Origin: an uncultured Poribacteria bacterium
Lineage (GTDB): Bacteria; Poribacteria; WGA-4E; WGA-3G
Direction of reading: 5' to 3'
Length of the DNA stretch: 64,000 bases
NCBI GenBank assembly: GCA_951813565.1
Contig: OX638351.1
Coordinates: 2,464,001-2,528,000, forward strand
Positions 30,949 to 40,602 of the stretch are shown here, piece after piece (the stretch's first letter is position 1; each line of letters starts with the position of its first letter). Made by a program: the position numbers and the translations under genes. The notes beneath the pieces were generated by a model. It worked only from the letters and a program-made list of their open reading frames with translations. It ran no database searches and was not told the DNA's origin.

Positions 30949-31380
30949 TTATTCAGAGGCCTCTGTGTGCAAGTCTTTTAGCAAACTTAAGATGCCGTAA
31001 ATACCACCGATGATTAAGAGAATGCCTATGCTGCTTATACCCCGCCGTATCCAAACAGGGTGTAATATCTGTGAGATGTTTAATATCAAGAGCGGTTGTA
31101 GCAGTCGAGATATCCCAATATTCACATAAAAAGCACCATAAGCGATGAGGCACAACTCACTGAGAAGTTGTTGTTTGAAGGCATTTACAGGCATACCAAA
31201 AGGGTTTATGAGGTAGTCTCCAGAAAAAATAAGGGTCAACCCAACTATAAAAAAAGTGATAAGAGTCATAGTCGGATATGCGGATCGTTGCAACACAATA
31301 GCTAAGAGGATACTGACAACGCCCAAAATAATGCTAATAACACCCTGAAAAATTTGTACCCCTCTGCTGTGTGTTACCAT
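30949..31380 (-). CDS. Hypothetical 4-TM membrane protein
   Basis: Hydrophobic 143-aa ORF downstream of, and co-oriented with, the barrel gene. Confidence 0.6.
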   Translation of the reverse strand: MVTHSRGVQIFQGVISIILGVVSILLAIVLQRSAYPTMTLITFFIVGLTLIFSGDYLINPFGMPVNAFKQQLLSELCLIAYGAFYVNIGISRLLQPLLILNISQILHPVWIRRGISSIGILLIIGGIYGILSLLKDLHTEASE

Positions 31381-31431
31381 TTATTTTATTATAAACCTTT
31401 TTGTACACTCGTGGATTATCATTGTGAAAGC

Positions 31432-32538
31432 CTAAAATGAATATAAAGCTGTTAAGGAGACAAGCGGACCAAATTCAAACGCATCGCTTTCTTCATATTT
31501 ACCATCAACAAACGCGTCACTATCATCATATAGTGTTTTTTGATGCAATGGTAACAAAAACGAAAGTGATAATGGGACATTGAATGGGGTTTTAATAGAT
31601 GTGCCGAGCGATGCCATGCCAAAAAGAAGTCCAGTATTTTTGTCTATTTCTCCATCCCAATGCGCAAAAGATTGATATATCCCAAGGTAACCTGATCGGA
31701 AAGAAAACCATTTATTCAGGCGATAGTTCAATCCTGCTGAATATGTAAGTTCATTTGAACCACGATATGTTTTGCTGTTCTCGTAGAAAGGTAATTTTGC
31801 GCGGACACTGGTATGAGATGCTAACCCCTTATAGATAGGCAGATTATAGTGTAGGTCTAAGATAGGGTTGAAAGTTCCAGTCCCAAATTGGATATGTAGA
31901 TGCTCCTCTCCCTTCTCTCCGAGTTTCCACGGGTCATCCTCAGTTTTTCCAAATGGAATCGACGTTCCGATATGCCCCATAAAATAATCACCCTCTGCCA
32001 AAACACCCAGTCTATAATATCCAAGAAAAACTTCTGAATCTGTTAGACCGGTGTAGGTTTCATTGCGATGATGGATAAACCCATTCTCTTCAATCGCTTC
32101 CCATTGTTCTTGAGTATATTCAACACCGTCAATCTTCTCAATAGTTGCTTCTTGAACTTTGGATTCATAAGGGAGGTTTGCTTCCAATATCCATTGAGAA
32201 CCGAGTAGATATTTTAACCCAACATCAAAGCGATAAACGTTTAAGACGACATGATGTCTATGCTCTGGGACTTTGTCTATTTTTCGGTTTCCGTTTAGAC
32301 TAATGAAAACTCCTTCATCTTCAAGATGTCCACCTTGTGCATCAAACCACCGCATCGTGCTGAAAGAGGCTTGAAATCTTTTGCTATCTGAAGTCAAACT
32401 GACTCCACCCATCCCGCCACGTGGGATTGCGGGATTGCTTCAGGCGCCTCAGCTTTCTTGCCCAAACACATTATGTAGAACACCGAAAGGAAAAAGAAAC
32501 TGAAGGATTAGTAGTGCGTAAAAAATTTTTGTTTCCAT
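31432..32538 (-). CDS. Putative outer-membrane beta-barrel, candidate selenoprotein with U-G-A-U motif (368 aa with two TGA read-throughs)
   Basis: ATG 32538 in frame with ORF 31432..32412; signal peptide METKIFYALLILQFLFPFGVLHNVFG; TGA at 32451-32449 and 32442-32440; C-terminal ..ALYSF. Confidence 0.7.
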
Positions 32539-32615
32539 AGAATTTTATATGCGACAGCATAAATATACGCCTACTCCTAACTTATTGTGAGCTGTTTTTA
32601 TAGTACAGAGGGTGT

Positions 32616-33563
32616 CTATAACTTTGTCTGTTCTGTTTTGAGGTTTAGCCACGCCATTTCATCGTGGGAGAGTTGAAGATTCAATGCGCCGAGGGAAGAT
32701 TTCATCTCTACTAAATTAGCTGGACCAACAATCGGAAAAATCGGAAAGGGAAGATTAATGCAATATGCAAGCGAGACTTGAATGGCGGAAAAGCCGTATT
32801 TTTCACCTAATTGTTTTGCGCGTGCCAGCCTTTCAAAGTTATCTTCGTTGTAATAGACACGCACCATATCTCCGTTATCTCTGTTTTCAGGCGTAAATGC
32901 ACCGCTGAAGAACCCACGTGCTTGGGATGACCATGGCATTAACGGAAATTGATTCTCCACATGCCAACGGCGTGCGTCATCATCAACGCAAACACATCCA
33001 CCCCACATCGGTTCCATTGGGACCGCGAGGCTGATGTTGTTACTACATGCAACGAACCCGCTTAACCCGTGTTCTTCGGCGTATGTATTTGCTTCAATAA
33101 TACGCTGGGGTTCCCAGTTAGAAGCTGCGATGGCTCGGATACGCCCTGCATCTATCTCTTCATTCAAATAATCAATTATTGTGCTAACCGGAATCTCTAC
33201 ATCGTCTCTGTGAAGCATATAAAGATCAATATAATCTGTCTGGAGACGTACGAGATTTTCGTCAAGGTCTTGTTTAACGTATTCTGGTGAAACGCGGCGT
33301 GGAACACCGCCTTGTGGGTGTCCTCCTTTATCTATTAAGAATACCTCGTCTCTATTTCCACGTTCCTGCATCCAAAGACCGATTAACTTTTGACTATTCC
33401 CGCCTCCATAGATGTGCGCCGTGTCCAAAGCATTTCCACCTACTTCAAAGAATGTATCAAGCATCTCGGTGCTGTGGTCGAAACTTGCAGGTGAATACAT
33501 CATAGTTCCCAGAATCAGTTGTGAAATTTCTTGGTCAACTCCGGGAATTTTTATACGCTTCAT
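32616..33563 (-). CDS. Aldo/keto reductase
   Basis: LDTAHIYG, DYIDLYMLHRD, ASNW, WSSQARGF. Confidence 0.9.
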   Translation of the reverse strand: MKRIKIPGVDQEISQLILGTMMYSPASFDHSTEMLDTFFEVGGNALDTAHIYGGGNSQKLIGLWMQERGNRDEVFLIDKGGHPQGGVPRRVSPEYVKQDLDENLVRLQTDYIDLYMLHRDDVEIPVSTIIDYLNEEIDAGRIRAIAASNWEPQRIIEANTYAEEHGLSGFVACSNNISLAVPMEPMWGGCVCVDDDARRWHVENQFPLMPWSSQARGFFSGAFTPENRDNGDMVRVYYNEDNFERLARAKQLGEKYGFSAIQVSLAYCINLPFPIFPIVGPANLVEMKSSLGALNLQLSHDEMAWLNLKTEQTKL

Positions 33564-33702
33564 TGAAATCTATTCCCTCACTTATACTTTTGATTTCTGC
33601 GTAGAATTCGTTCTTTCATACATGTTAAGGAATTCCACATCACAAAATTATACCACATTAGACGGACGATTTCAATGTAAAATTTGTAATATGGATACAC
33701 CG

Positions 33703-34662
33703 TTAGATTCTATTCTGGTAAATGGCTTCAACGAGTTCCATTGTTTTGACCGCATCAGCAAAACATGTTAATGGTTGTTGGTTTTGCTGAATACAATCCA
33801 CAAAATGTAGACTTTCTCCATAAAATCCATAAGTTTTGTGAGTTGCGTCAGAATCGGCAGCTTCCTCAGGTGTAATTTCAGTTATTCCGTCAGGAGTGTG
33901 AAGTATTGCGCTTCCACCAGCATCTGGGTTAATGTAAGCAGAAATTCCGTGTGCGTGCATTTCAAAAGTGTGGATACGTCCGCCGACAGCCCAATTTGTG
34001 CAGAGATATCCGGAGGCACCACTCGTAAACTTGACAAGTGCGTTGAAACTGTTCTCGCGATCGGAATAGAAGGAATTGATGTCGCTTGCAACAGCTTGAA
34101 TCTCGCCACCGCCAAGCCAACGGAGTGCGTCCACAGCATGAATTGCATCACAAGTTAAAACATCTATGACTCCGTCATAATAGAGCGCGTTTGCGGAATT
34201 TTTGTGGAAGGTAGACATGCATTGGATAATCGGCCCGTTTTCTTCAACTATCGCTTTGACTTTTTGCATCAGTGGAATAAATCGCCGGTTGAACCCTACC
34301 ATCGTTTTGCAGTCGTGCTTTTCAGCTGCTAAAGCCATTTCCTTTGTTTGATGAAGTGTTATGCCTGGTGGTTTCTCAATAAATACATGGTGTTTCTGCG
34401 ACAAGCAATGGATAACAAGCGGGAACAAGTGTTGTGGCGGCATCAAAATATAAACAGCATCAGGATTTGTTTCGTCAAGCATTTTCTTATAGTCCGTAAA
34501 GGTCTGTTCTATCTGAAACCTTTCTGCTGTGGCGTGAAGTTTCGCCTCTACCAGATCACACAATCCGACAAGATGGACATCTTCACATTCCGCGAGAGAT
34601 GGGTAGTGAACACCATTTGCCATCCCGCCTGCACCGATTAAAGCGATATTAATTTTTTTCAT
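33703..34662 (-). CDS. Gfo/Idh/MocA family oxidoreductase
   Basis: IGAGGMA, HVFIEKP, VGFNRRF. Confidence 0.9.
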   Translation of the reverse strand: MKKINIALIGAGGMANGVHYPSLAECEDVHLVGLCDLVEAKLHATAERFQIEQTFTDYKKMLDETNPDAVYILMPPQHLFPLVIHCLSQKHHVFIEKPPGITLHQTKEMALAAEKHDCKTMVGFNRRFIPLMQKVKAIVEENGPIIQCMSTFHKNSANALYYDGVIDVLTCDAIHAVDALRWLGGGEIQAVASDINSFYSDRENSFNALVKFTSGASGYLCTNWAVGGRIHTFEMHAHGISAYINPDAGGSAILHTPDGITEITPEEAADSDATHKTYGFYGESLHFVDCIQQNQQPLTCFADAVKTMELVEAIYQNRI

Positions 34663-34854
34663 CTTTTCCTCTGTTCTAATCAGGGTCATTGAATTTTCCA
34701 ATAGTTTCTTCCTGTAGGAGCGAGCTCCAGCTCGCGACCATGTCCTCTGTGTTCTAATGGTTTTTCTTGTATATTACAAAAGAAAATGTTAAAATGCAAC
34801 CAACTTCTGAATACAAAATTATCTCAACCCAAACATCAAGCGATACCATATCTT

Positions 34855-36432
34855 ATGAACTTTGACCCTATCAAATTAGAACTTTATAAGAACATACTCA
34901 CCTCAGTTTCAGAGGAAATGGGTGTTACGCTGCAACGTACTGCCTTTTCACCGAACATCAAGGAACGTCTCGATTTTTCATGTGCGGTTTTTGATGCTTC
35001 AGGACAGATGGTAGCACAAGCCGCACATATTCCTGTCCATCTGGGATCAATGCCGCTTTCGGTATTAGCAGCAATTGAGCATACCGAAATGGCACCTGGT
35101 GACATGGTTGTGCTAAATGATCCATATCGCGGGGGAACACACCTGCCAGATATTACTTTGGTAGCACCTGTTTTCGGAGAAAAGTCAACGAATCGTCCGA
35201 ACTTTTTTGTAGCAAACCGTGCACATCATGCAGATGTCGGTGGTATGACTCCAGGCTCCATGCCCCTTGCAACAAGTGTAATTCAGGAAGGTATCCGCAT
35301 TCCACCAGTGAAACTTGTCCGAGCTGGAGAACTGGACAGCGATCTGTGGGAACTAATTCTCGCGAATGTCCGAACGCCAACGGAACGACGTGGCGACATG
35401 GAGGCACAACTTGCCGCAAATCGCATCGGTGAACGTCGATTACAAGAGATTGCAACCAAATACGGCATGTCGGGAATTGAGGCGTATATGCAGGAACTCT
35501 GTGCATATTCCAGTCGGATGGTACGGTCGTTCTTACGAGAAATTCCTGATGGCATTTATACATTTTCAGATTTCCTTGATAATGATGCTATTACTGACGA
35601 ACCGATTGAAATCCGTGTTGCCATAGAAATTAAAGACGGGACCGCAATCGTAGATTTTACAGGCACATCGGGACAGGTACGAGGTTCAGTTAATGCTATT
35701 TACGCCATCACAGTCTCAGCTGTTTTTTACACGTTCCGATGTATTGCAGGTGAAGATGTCTCCTCCAATGCTGGGTGTCTGGAACCAATTCAAATTATTG
35801 CACCTGAAGGTAGTGTAATCAATGCAAAATTCCCTGCGGCGGTCGCCGGTGGAAACGTTGAGACTTCTCAACGAATTGTTGACGTGCTTTTCGGGGCATT
35901 AGCAAAAGCTTGTCCAAACCGAATTCCTGCCGCGAGTTGTGGGTCTATGAGTAATCTCACTGTAGGCGGGTATGATGTTTTACGCGGAAAAGATTTTACT
36001 TACTATGAAACCATCGCTGGTGGTATGGGAGCGCGCCCCAACTGTGACGGAATTGACGCCATTCATACTCACATGACAAATACGATGAATACTCCGATAG
36101 AAGCAATTGAGACAAGTTATCCGATGCAGGTGGAGCAGTATGCGATCCGACGTGCAAATGGCGGGGCAGGTGAATTTCAAGGTGGGGCAGGAATTGTGCG
36201 ATCTCTACGACTTTTGACAGACGCGGAGATTACAATCTTATCGGAACGCCGAGTGTTTCAACCCTATGGCTTGCAAGGTGGTGAAAAAGGGCAATTGGGA
36301 CGTAACGTCCTAATCCGTGATGGTAAGGAACAGCCTGTCGCTGGCAAAGCAACCTTTTCCATTAAAGAAGGCGATATTATTCAGATTGAAACGCCTGGAG
36401 GTGGTGGGTACGGGAAGAAAAATTTGAAATAG
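34855..36432 (+). CDS. Hydantoinase B / oxoprolinase family protein
   Basis: SPNIKERLDFSCA, HIPVHLGSM, NDPYRGGTHLPD, ETPGGGGYG. Confidence 0.93.
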   Translation: MNFDPIKLELYKNILTSVSEEMGVTLQRTAFSPNIKERLDFSCAVFDASGQMVAQAAHIPVHLGSMPLSVLAAIEHTEMAPGDMVVLNDPYRGGTHLPDITLVAPVFGEKSTNRPNFFVANRAHHADVGGMTPGSMPLATSVIQEGIRIPPVKLVRAGELDSDLWELILANVRTPTERRGDMEAQLAANRIGERRLQEIATKYGMSGIEAYMQELCAYSSRMVRSFLREIPDGIYTFSDFLDNDAITDEPIEIRVAIEIKDGTAIVDFTGTSGQVRGSVNAIYAITVSAVFYTFRCIAGEDVSSNAGCLEPIQIIAPEGSVINAKFPAAVAGGNVETSQRIVDVLFGALAKACPNRIPAASCGSMSNLTVGGYDVLRGKDFTYYETIAGGMGARPNCDGIDAIHTHMTNTMNTPIEAIETSYPMQVEQYAIRRANGGAGEFQGGAGIVRSLRLLTDAEITILSERRVFQPYGLQGGEKGQLGRNVLIRDGKEQPVAGKATFSIKEGDIIQIETPGGGGYGKKNLK

Positions 36433-36440
36433 CCGCGTTT

Positions 36441-36600
36441 GTAGTCGTGCAATTCATTGCGAAACTTTCTTGTAGGAGGGGTTTTCAACTCCGCAGCGTG
36501 CCACACGCGCACGCTGTGTTGATTTGGACAAATGCCATACGGTATGAGGCGTTGATTTCGATACAATCACTACATCGGGCTTGCAAAGCCCTCCCACAAG
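36441..36600. repeat. REP cluster with two tandem AATCAAC-hairpin inserts (36494-36560)
   Basis: GTAGTCGTGCAATTCATTGCG, GTAGGAGGGGTTTTCAACTCCG, TCGGGCTTGCAAAGCCCTCCCAC. Confidence 0.75.
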
Positions 36601-36634
36601 AGAGAGGTTGTAAATTGATATCTTATAGGTAGGA

Positions 36635-37984
36635 TTAAGATAACCCTTCTAAACTCCCTGTACTATCCCCTAATTGCTGCAAATTAACATCCATTCGATT
36701 AAGCATAGACAACCAAAGATTATTGAGCGGCGTTTCCTTTGGATATTGGATATGTCGTCCACTCTTAATCGTGCCACACCCTTGACCAGCTAATAGAATT
36801 GGAAGATCGTGATGGCTATGGCGGTTGCCATCAGAATTTCCACTACCGTATAAAATCATAGAATGGTCAAGTAGTGTTCCTTCCCCTTCAGGAATGGAGT
36901 CAAGTTTTTCCAGTAGGTATGCAAGCTGCTGTGTATGCAAAATGTCTATTTTCCGAATTTTCTCTATTTTTGCTTTATCTCCACCATGATGCGATAAATT
37001 ATGGTGTCCATCAGTAATATTGATAGTCGGATATGTCTTGTTACTACCTTCATTTGCTAACGTAAAGGTCACAATTCGGGTTACATCTGTTTGGAATGCA
37101 AGAGCAATCAGGTCCAACATCAGGTGAACATGCTCTTGGAAATCTGCCGGAATTTTCTCTGGTGCAGTGTAATCAGGATTTTCGATTGGTGGGAACTTTT
37201 CTGCCGATTCTATTCTCATCTCAATGTCGCGAATAGCAGAGAAGTATTCATCAAGTTTTCGCGCATCGTTTCCGCTGACCTGTCGAATCAGGTCTTTTGA
37301 ATCCTGTCTAACAAAGTCAAGAATACTTTTTCGTTCTTCATCGCGTTGTAGTTTTTCAGTGTTAGGCTCGGTAGAAAATAGGCGTTCAAAAGCGAGTTTC
37401 GGATTAACCTCTTTCGGAAGCGGTTGGGTTGCAGACTTCCATGCCATCGTTGCTGAATAGACGCAGCTATAACCGGAGTCGCAATTGCCGGCTCTGTAAC
37501 CGGGATCAATGCCAAGTTCAAGTGAAGGTAACCGTGTTTGATCGCCGATATGTGATGCTGCGGCTTGGTCGACAGAAATACCTGCGTGAATATCCGTACC
37601 GCTCGTTTTGCGCGGCTGTGCGCCTGTGAGGAACGCCGCCATTGCTCTGGCATGATCGCCTCCGCCATCACCATTGGCGCGTGCTTTATCGGCTGTCAAC
37701 CCACTGAGGACCAACATTTTTTCTTTTACGTTTACAAGCGGTTTTAAGATGTCCGTGAGTTCATAACTTGTCCCTACCTGTTTCGGTGTCCAATTCTCCA
37801 TGATTTTCCCATTGGGAACATAGAGGAATGCCATCCGATTCGGTGTTACTTGTTCTGTTACACCTTTCGTGGCTGCGGTTGCCCAACTTGTGAGTGGACC
37901 CATCGATTCTAACCACGGTAGTGCTATGCTGACACCTAACCCGCGTAAAAATGTTCTACGTGAAAGTTGTTTTGATTTTTTCAT
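36635..37984 (-). CDS. DUF1552 domain protein (Tat-exported, planctomycete type)
   Basis: SRRTFLRGLG, PNG, CDSGYSC, HHNLSHH, GTLLD. Confidence 0.9.
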   Translation of the reverse strand: MKKSKQLSRRTFLRGLGVSIALPWLESMGPLTSWATAATKGVTEQVTPNRMAFLYVPNGKIMENWTPKQVGTSYELTDILKPLVNVKEKMLVLSGLTADKARANGDGGGDHARAMAAFLTGAQPRKTSGTDIHAGISVDQAAASHIGDQTRLPSLELGIDPGYRAGNCDSGYSCVYSATMAWKSATQPLPKEVNPKLAFERLFSTEPNTEKLQRDEERKSILDFVRQDSKDLIRQVSGNDARKLDEYFSAIRDIEMRIESAEKFPPIENPDYTAPEKIPADFQEHVHLMLDLIALAFQTDVTRIVTFTLANEGSNKTYPTINITDGHHNLSHHGGDKAKIEKIRKIDILHTQQLAYLLEKLDSIPEGEGTLLDHSMILYGSGNSDGNRHSHHDLPILLAGQGCGTIKSGRHIQYPKETPLNNLWLSMLNRMDVNLQQLGDSTGSLEGLS

Positions 37985-38331
37985 AACTGTATCTTTTACT
38001 CCTTTGTCCTGTTTCATTTGCGAAACAGATCACAATTATAATCTGTGAATTTGTACGGAGTTGATGTTATATTATAATTCAATTTGTGATAATTTGCAAC
38101 TATAGTAAAATCTGAAAAAATATGGATATTGCCGATAAGTGCTCCGATTTAAGTTATACCATTTCCAAAAATAACTTCTCTTAAAGAAATAAACCGTCCG
38201 TAGTCGCGCAATTTATTGCGCCTCTTACATTTTTTCAAAAGAGAAAATAATTCATAGAATTGGTATTATATGACTAATTGCTGGCAGTAAATACTTAAAA
38301 TTTTTAATGCTACATAACGAAATCTAATAAA

Positions 38332-39381
38332 TTAAAAAAGTGGTGCTCCTTGTGCTTCAACATAAACCGAGTAGAGAGATTGACTCGCTGTCATAAAGAG
38401 TCTATTCCTTTTAACGCCACCGAAGCAGATATTGGAACAGATCTCTGGCAGATGAATCTTTCCGATAAGCGTTCCATCAGGTGCGAAGATATGCACCCCA
38501 TCGTAGCCTTCACCGACCCAACCTGCACCTGCCCACACATTTCCATCAGTATCACACCGCAGCCCATCAGCGTTGCCAGGTGCTGTCTCATAAAACACCT
38601 GTTTTTTACTTAACCGTTCACCGTCCACGACATCAAAGACAACGATGTTTTTTGGTGTGCCTGTATCGGCAACATAGAGTTTATCGTAGTTTGGTGAGAA
38701 GCATATCCCATTCGGTTTTTCCGGTTCACTCGTTACAACTGTGGCTTTTCCTGTATCTGGATTGAGGCGATAAACGGAAGTCGGTAGTTCAAATTCAGCT
38801 TTATGGCCTTCGTAATTGAACATGATCCCGTATCCAGGATCGGTAAACCAGATATGTCCATCGGGATGGACTACGACATCATTTGGTGCATTGAACCGTT
38901 TTCCCTCAAAGTTGTCAATCAGTACAGTAATCGTTCCATCATATTCGGTTCGTGTGACGCGCCGTGTACCGTGTTCGCAACTGATGAGTCTGCCTTGTCT
39001 GTCCCGCGTATGACCGTTGGTATAGTTAGACGGTTTGCGGTAGACGCTTACTTTACCAGTGGCTTCTTGCCATTTCAGAATTCGGTTGTTTGGAATATCG
39101 CTCCAGAGAAGAAATCCGCCATCGCCGAACCAAACAGGACCTTCGGACCACCGCGCACCTGTCCACAACCGTTCCACAACAGCGTTTCCGATTTTATATT
39201 TTGCAAAACGCGGATCAAGGACTTCTACTGCTGGGTCCGGGTAACGTTTTACGACTTTGCCGTCTGCAAATGTATCTGCCCAAGATGCCAGTGGACCCAT
39301 CGCACCGATACAAGGCAGCGCGACACTCACACCAAGTCCGCGTAAAAATGATCGACGTGACAATTGTTTTGAAGTCTTCAT
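38332..39381 (-). CDS. SMP-30/gluconolactonase family protein with Tat leader
   Basis: WSEGPVW, SDIPNNR, FNAPND, PNGICFSP, DGLRCD. Confidence 0.9.
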   Translation of the reverse strand: MKTSKQLSRRSFLRGLGVSVALPCIGAMGPLASWADTFADGKVVKRYPDPAVEVLDPRFAKYKIGNAVVERLWTGARWSEGPVWFGDGGFLLWSDIPNNRILKWQEATGKVSVYRKPSNYTNGHTRDRQGRLISCEHGTRRVTRTEYDGTITVLIDNFEGKRFNAPNDVVVHPDGHIWFTDPGYGIMFNYEGHKAEFELPTSVYRLNPDTGKATVVTSEPEKPNGICFSPNYDKLYVADTGTPKNIVVFDVVDGERLSKKQVFYETAPGNADGLRCDTDGNVWAGAGWVGEGYDGVHIFAPDGTLIGKIHLPEICSNICFGGVKRNRLFMTASQSLYSVYVEAQGAPLF

Positions 39382-39402
39382 AAGCATATCCATCGTTAAT
39401 GT

Positions 39403-39502
39403 CTATGGTGATTAAAAAAATAGACACTTCCCACCCTCGGTAGGTGAGGTTTTCTAACCTCGCCCGCGCAGAGCGTCCAGAAAATTCTACAATCTACCAT
39501 AG
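39403..39502. mobile_element. Short MITE-like element containing a REP
   Basis: CTATGGTGATT ... AATCTACCATAG imperfect IR; internal GTAGGTGAGGTTTTCTAACCTCGCC. Confidence 0.5.
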
Positions 39503-39531
39503 TTTACCAAACATCCAGTGTTTTTGTCAAA

Positions 39532-40602
39532 TTAATACCTCAGCAAATGGCCAAATTTACCGGAGACCGAATTGTTCTGCGTTAGATCTGACGAAATATA
39601 ACGTTGACCATACATAAGCATAATCCGATTATGAATGAAGTCATATTTCGCAGAGGAGCAGGAACGAAGTTTATCCGGATATACGAGATAATATCCGATA
39701 CTTTCCGCTAAATCCTCGTTCGGATTCTTTTCATAAGCATAATCCGTTACAAATTCTTCTCTATTTTTAGTAGTTGACCAACCCGATTCACTTTTTGAGT
39801 CTTTTTGCCATCCGCCAAGTTCTGCCCAATCTCGTTTAAGCTGGTCAGAAAATAGACACGTCCATAAAAAATGTGATTTCTCGTGCGCAATTAAGCGGCG
39901 AGTATCATCTGGAAAATCACGAGTAAAAAGGGTTTGTGAAAGTTCAATATAACCTTCACTTGTCCATGCTATACCAGGTGCTCTTATCTTATCATCAATT
40001 CTACGTACCACATATCTTAATTCAGGAATTTTATGTAGTGCTTTCGGGAATTCCTCAAGTATTGATATGAAGATCATCAGGTCTTCATTTTCAAAATCTG
40101 AATAATGTTCTGCTGTTTCCTGTGTGACGCGTTGCGTTAGTTGGGCATAAGACGGTATATCTACACTAATGCCATACCGCTCTTTTAGTATCAGTTTCAT
40201 TGCCTCAGTATTTGTTCCATTTTCCGTTATGAATTGAACAGCAGCGAAAAATAAACGTTTCTCCGGCAACAACATCTGTTGAGAGCCTTCAACTGGAAAA
40301 ACATCACTACTGATAGTAACGGATTTCAAACTGTTTTGAAATTCTATGGTAATATCTTCTTCTAAATCGCTGCTTATCTTCCATATAGAGGGGTGGAAAT
40401 TTCGGTCTGTAGAGAAGGATTCAAAAATATTTAAAAGCGAACCCGCTTGTTTTGTCGTCCACGTAACGTCTAAATACACAGAATATTTTTGTTTGAGTTT
40501 TAAAATCGGATCATCACTAAATGTCTCTAAATGAACTGTATAACAACCTAATAGAAAAACTGAGATGGTAAAGAGAAAAACATTAATAATTCGCATTATC
40601 AA
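39532..40602 (-). CDS. Lipoprotein, putative Zn-dependent metallopeptidase
   Basis: Lipobox LLGC; HEKSH; YA..NPNEDLAE third-ligand motif. Confidence 0.7.
   Translation of the reverse strand: MIMRIINVFLFTISVFLLGCYTVHLETFSDDPILKLKQKYSVYLDVTWTTKQAGSLLNIFESFSTDRNFHPSIWKISSDLEEDITIEFQNSLKSVTISSDVFPVEGSQQMLLPEKRLFFAAVQFITENGTNTEAMKLILKERYGISVDIPSYAQLTQRVTQETAEHYSDFENEDLMIFISILEEFPKALHKIPELRYVVRRIDDKIRAPGIAWTSEGYIELSQTLFTRDFPDDTRRLIAHEKSHFLWTCLFSDQLKRDWAELGGWQKDSKSESGWSTTKNREEFVTDYAYEKNPNEDLAESIGYYLVYPDKLRSCSSAKYDFIHNRIMLMYGQRYISSDLTQNNSVSGKFGHLLRY

Noticed and set aside
32413..32538. Genome-wide UGA reassignment (code 4/25), or simple pseudogene
   Set aside because: TGA terminates ordinary genes here (e.g. 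3924, 54764), and two independent nonsense mutations exactly in CxxC spacing with an otherwise intact gene are unlikely, though not excluded.
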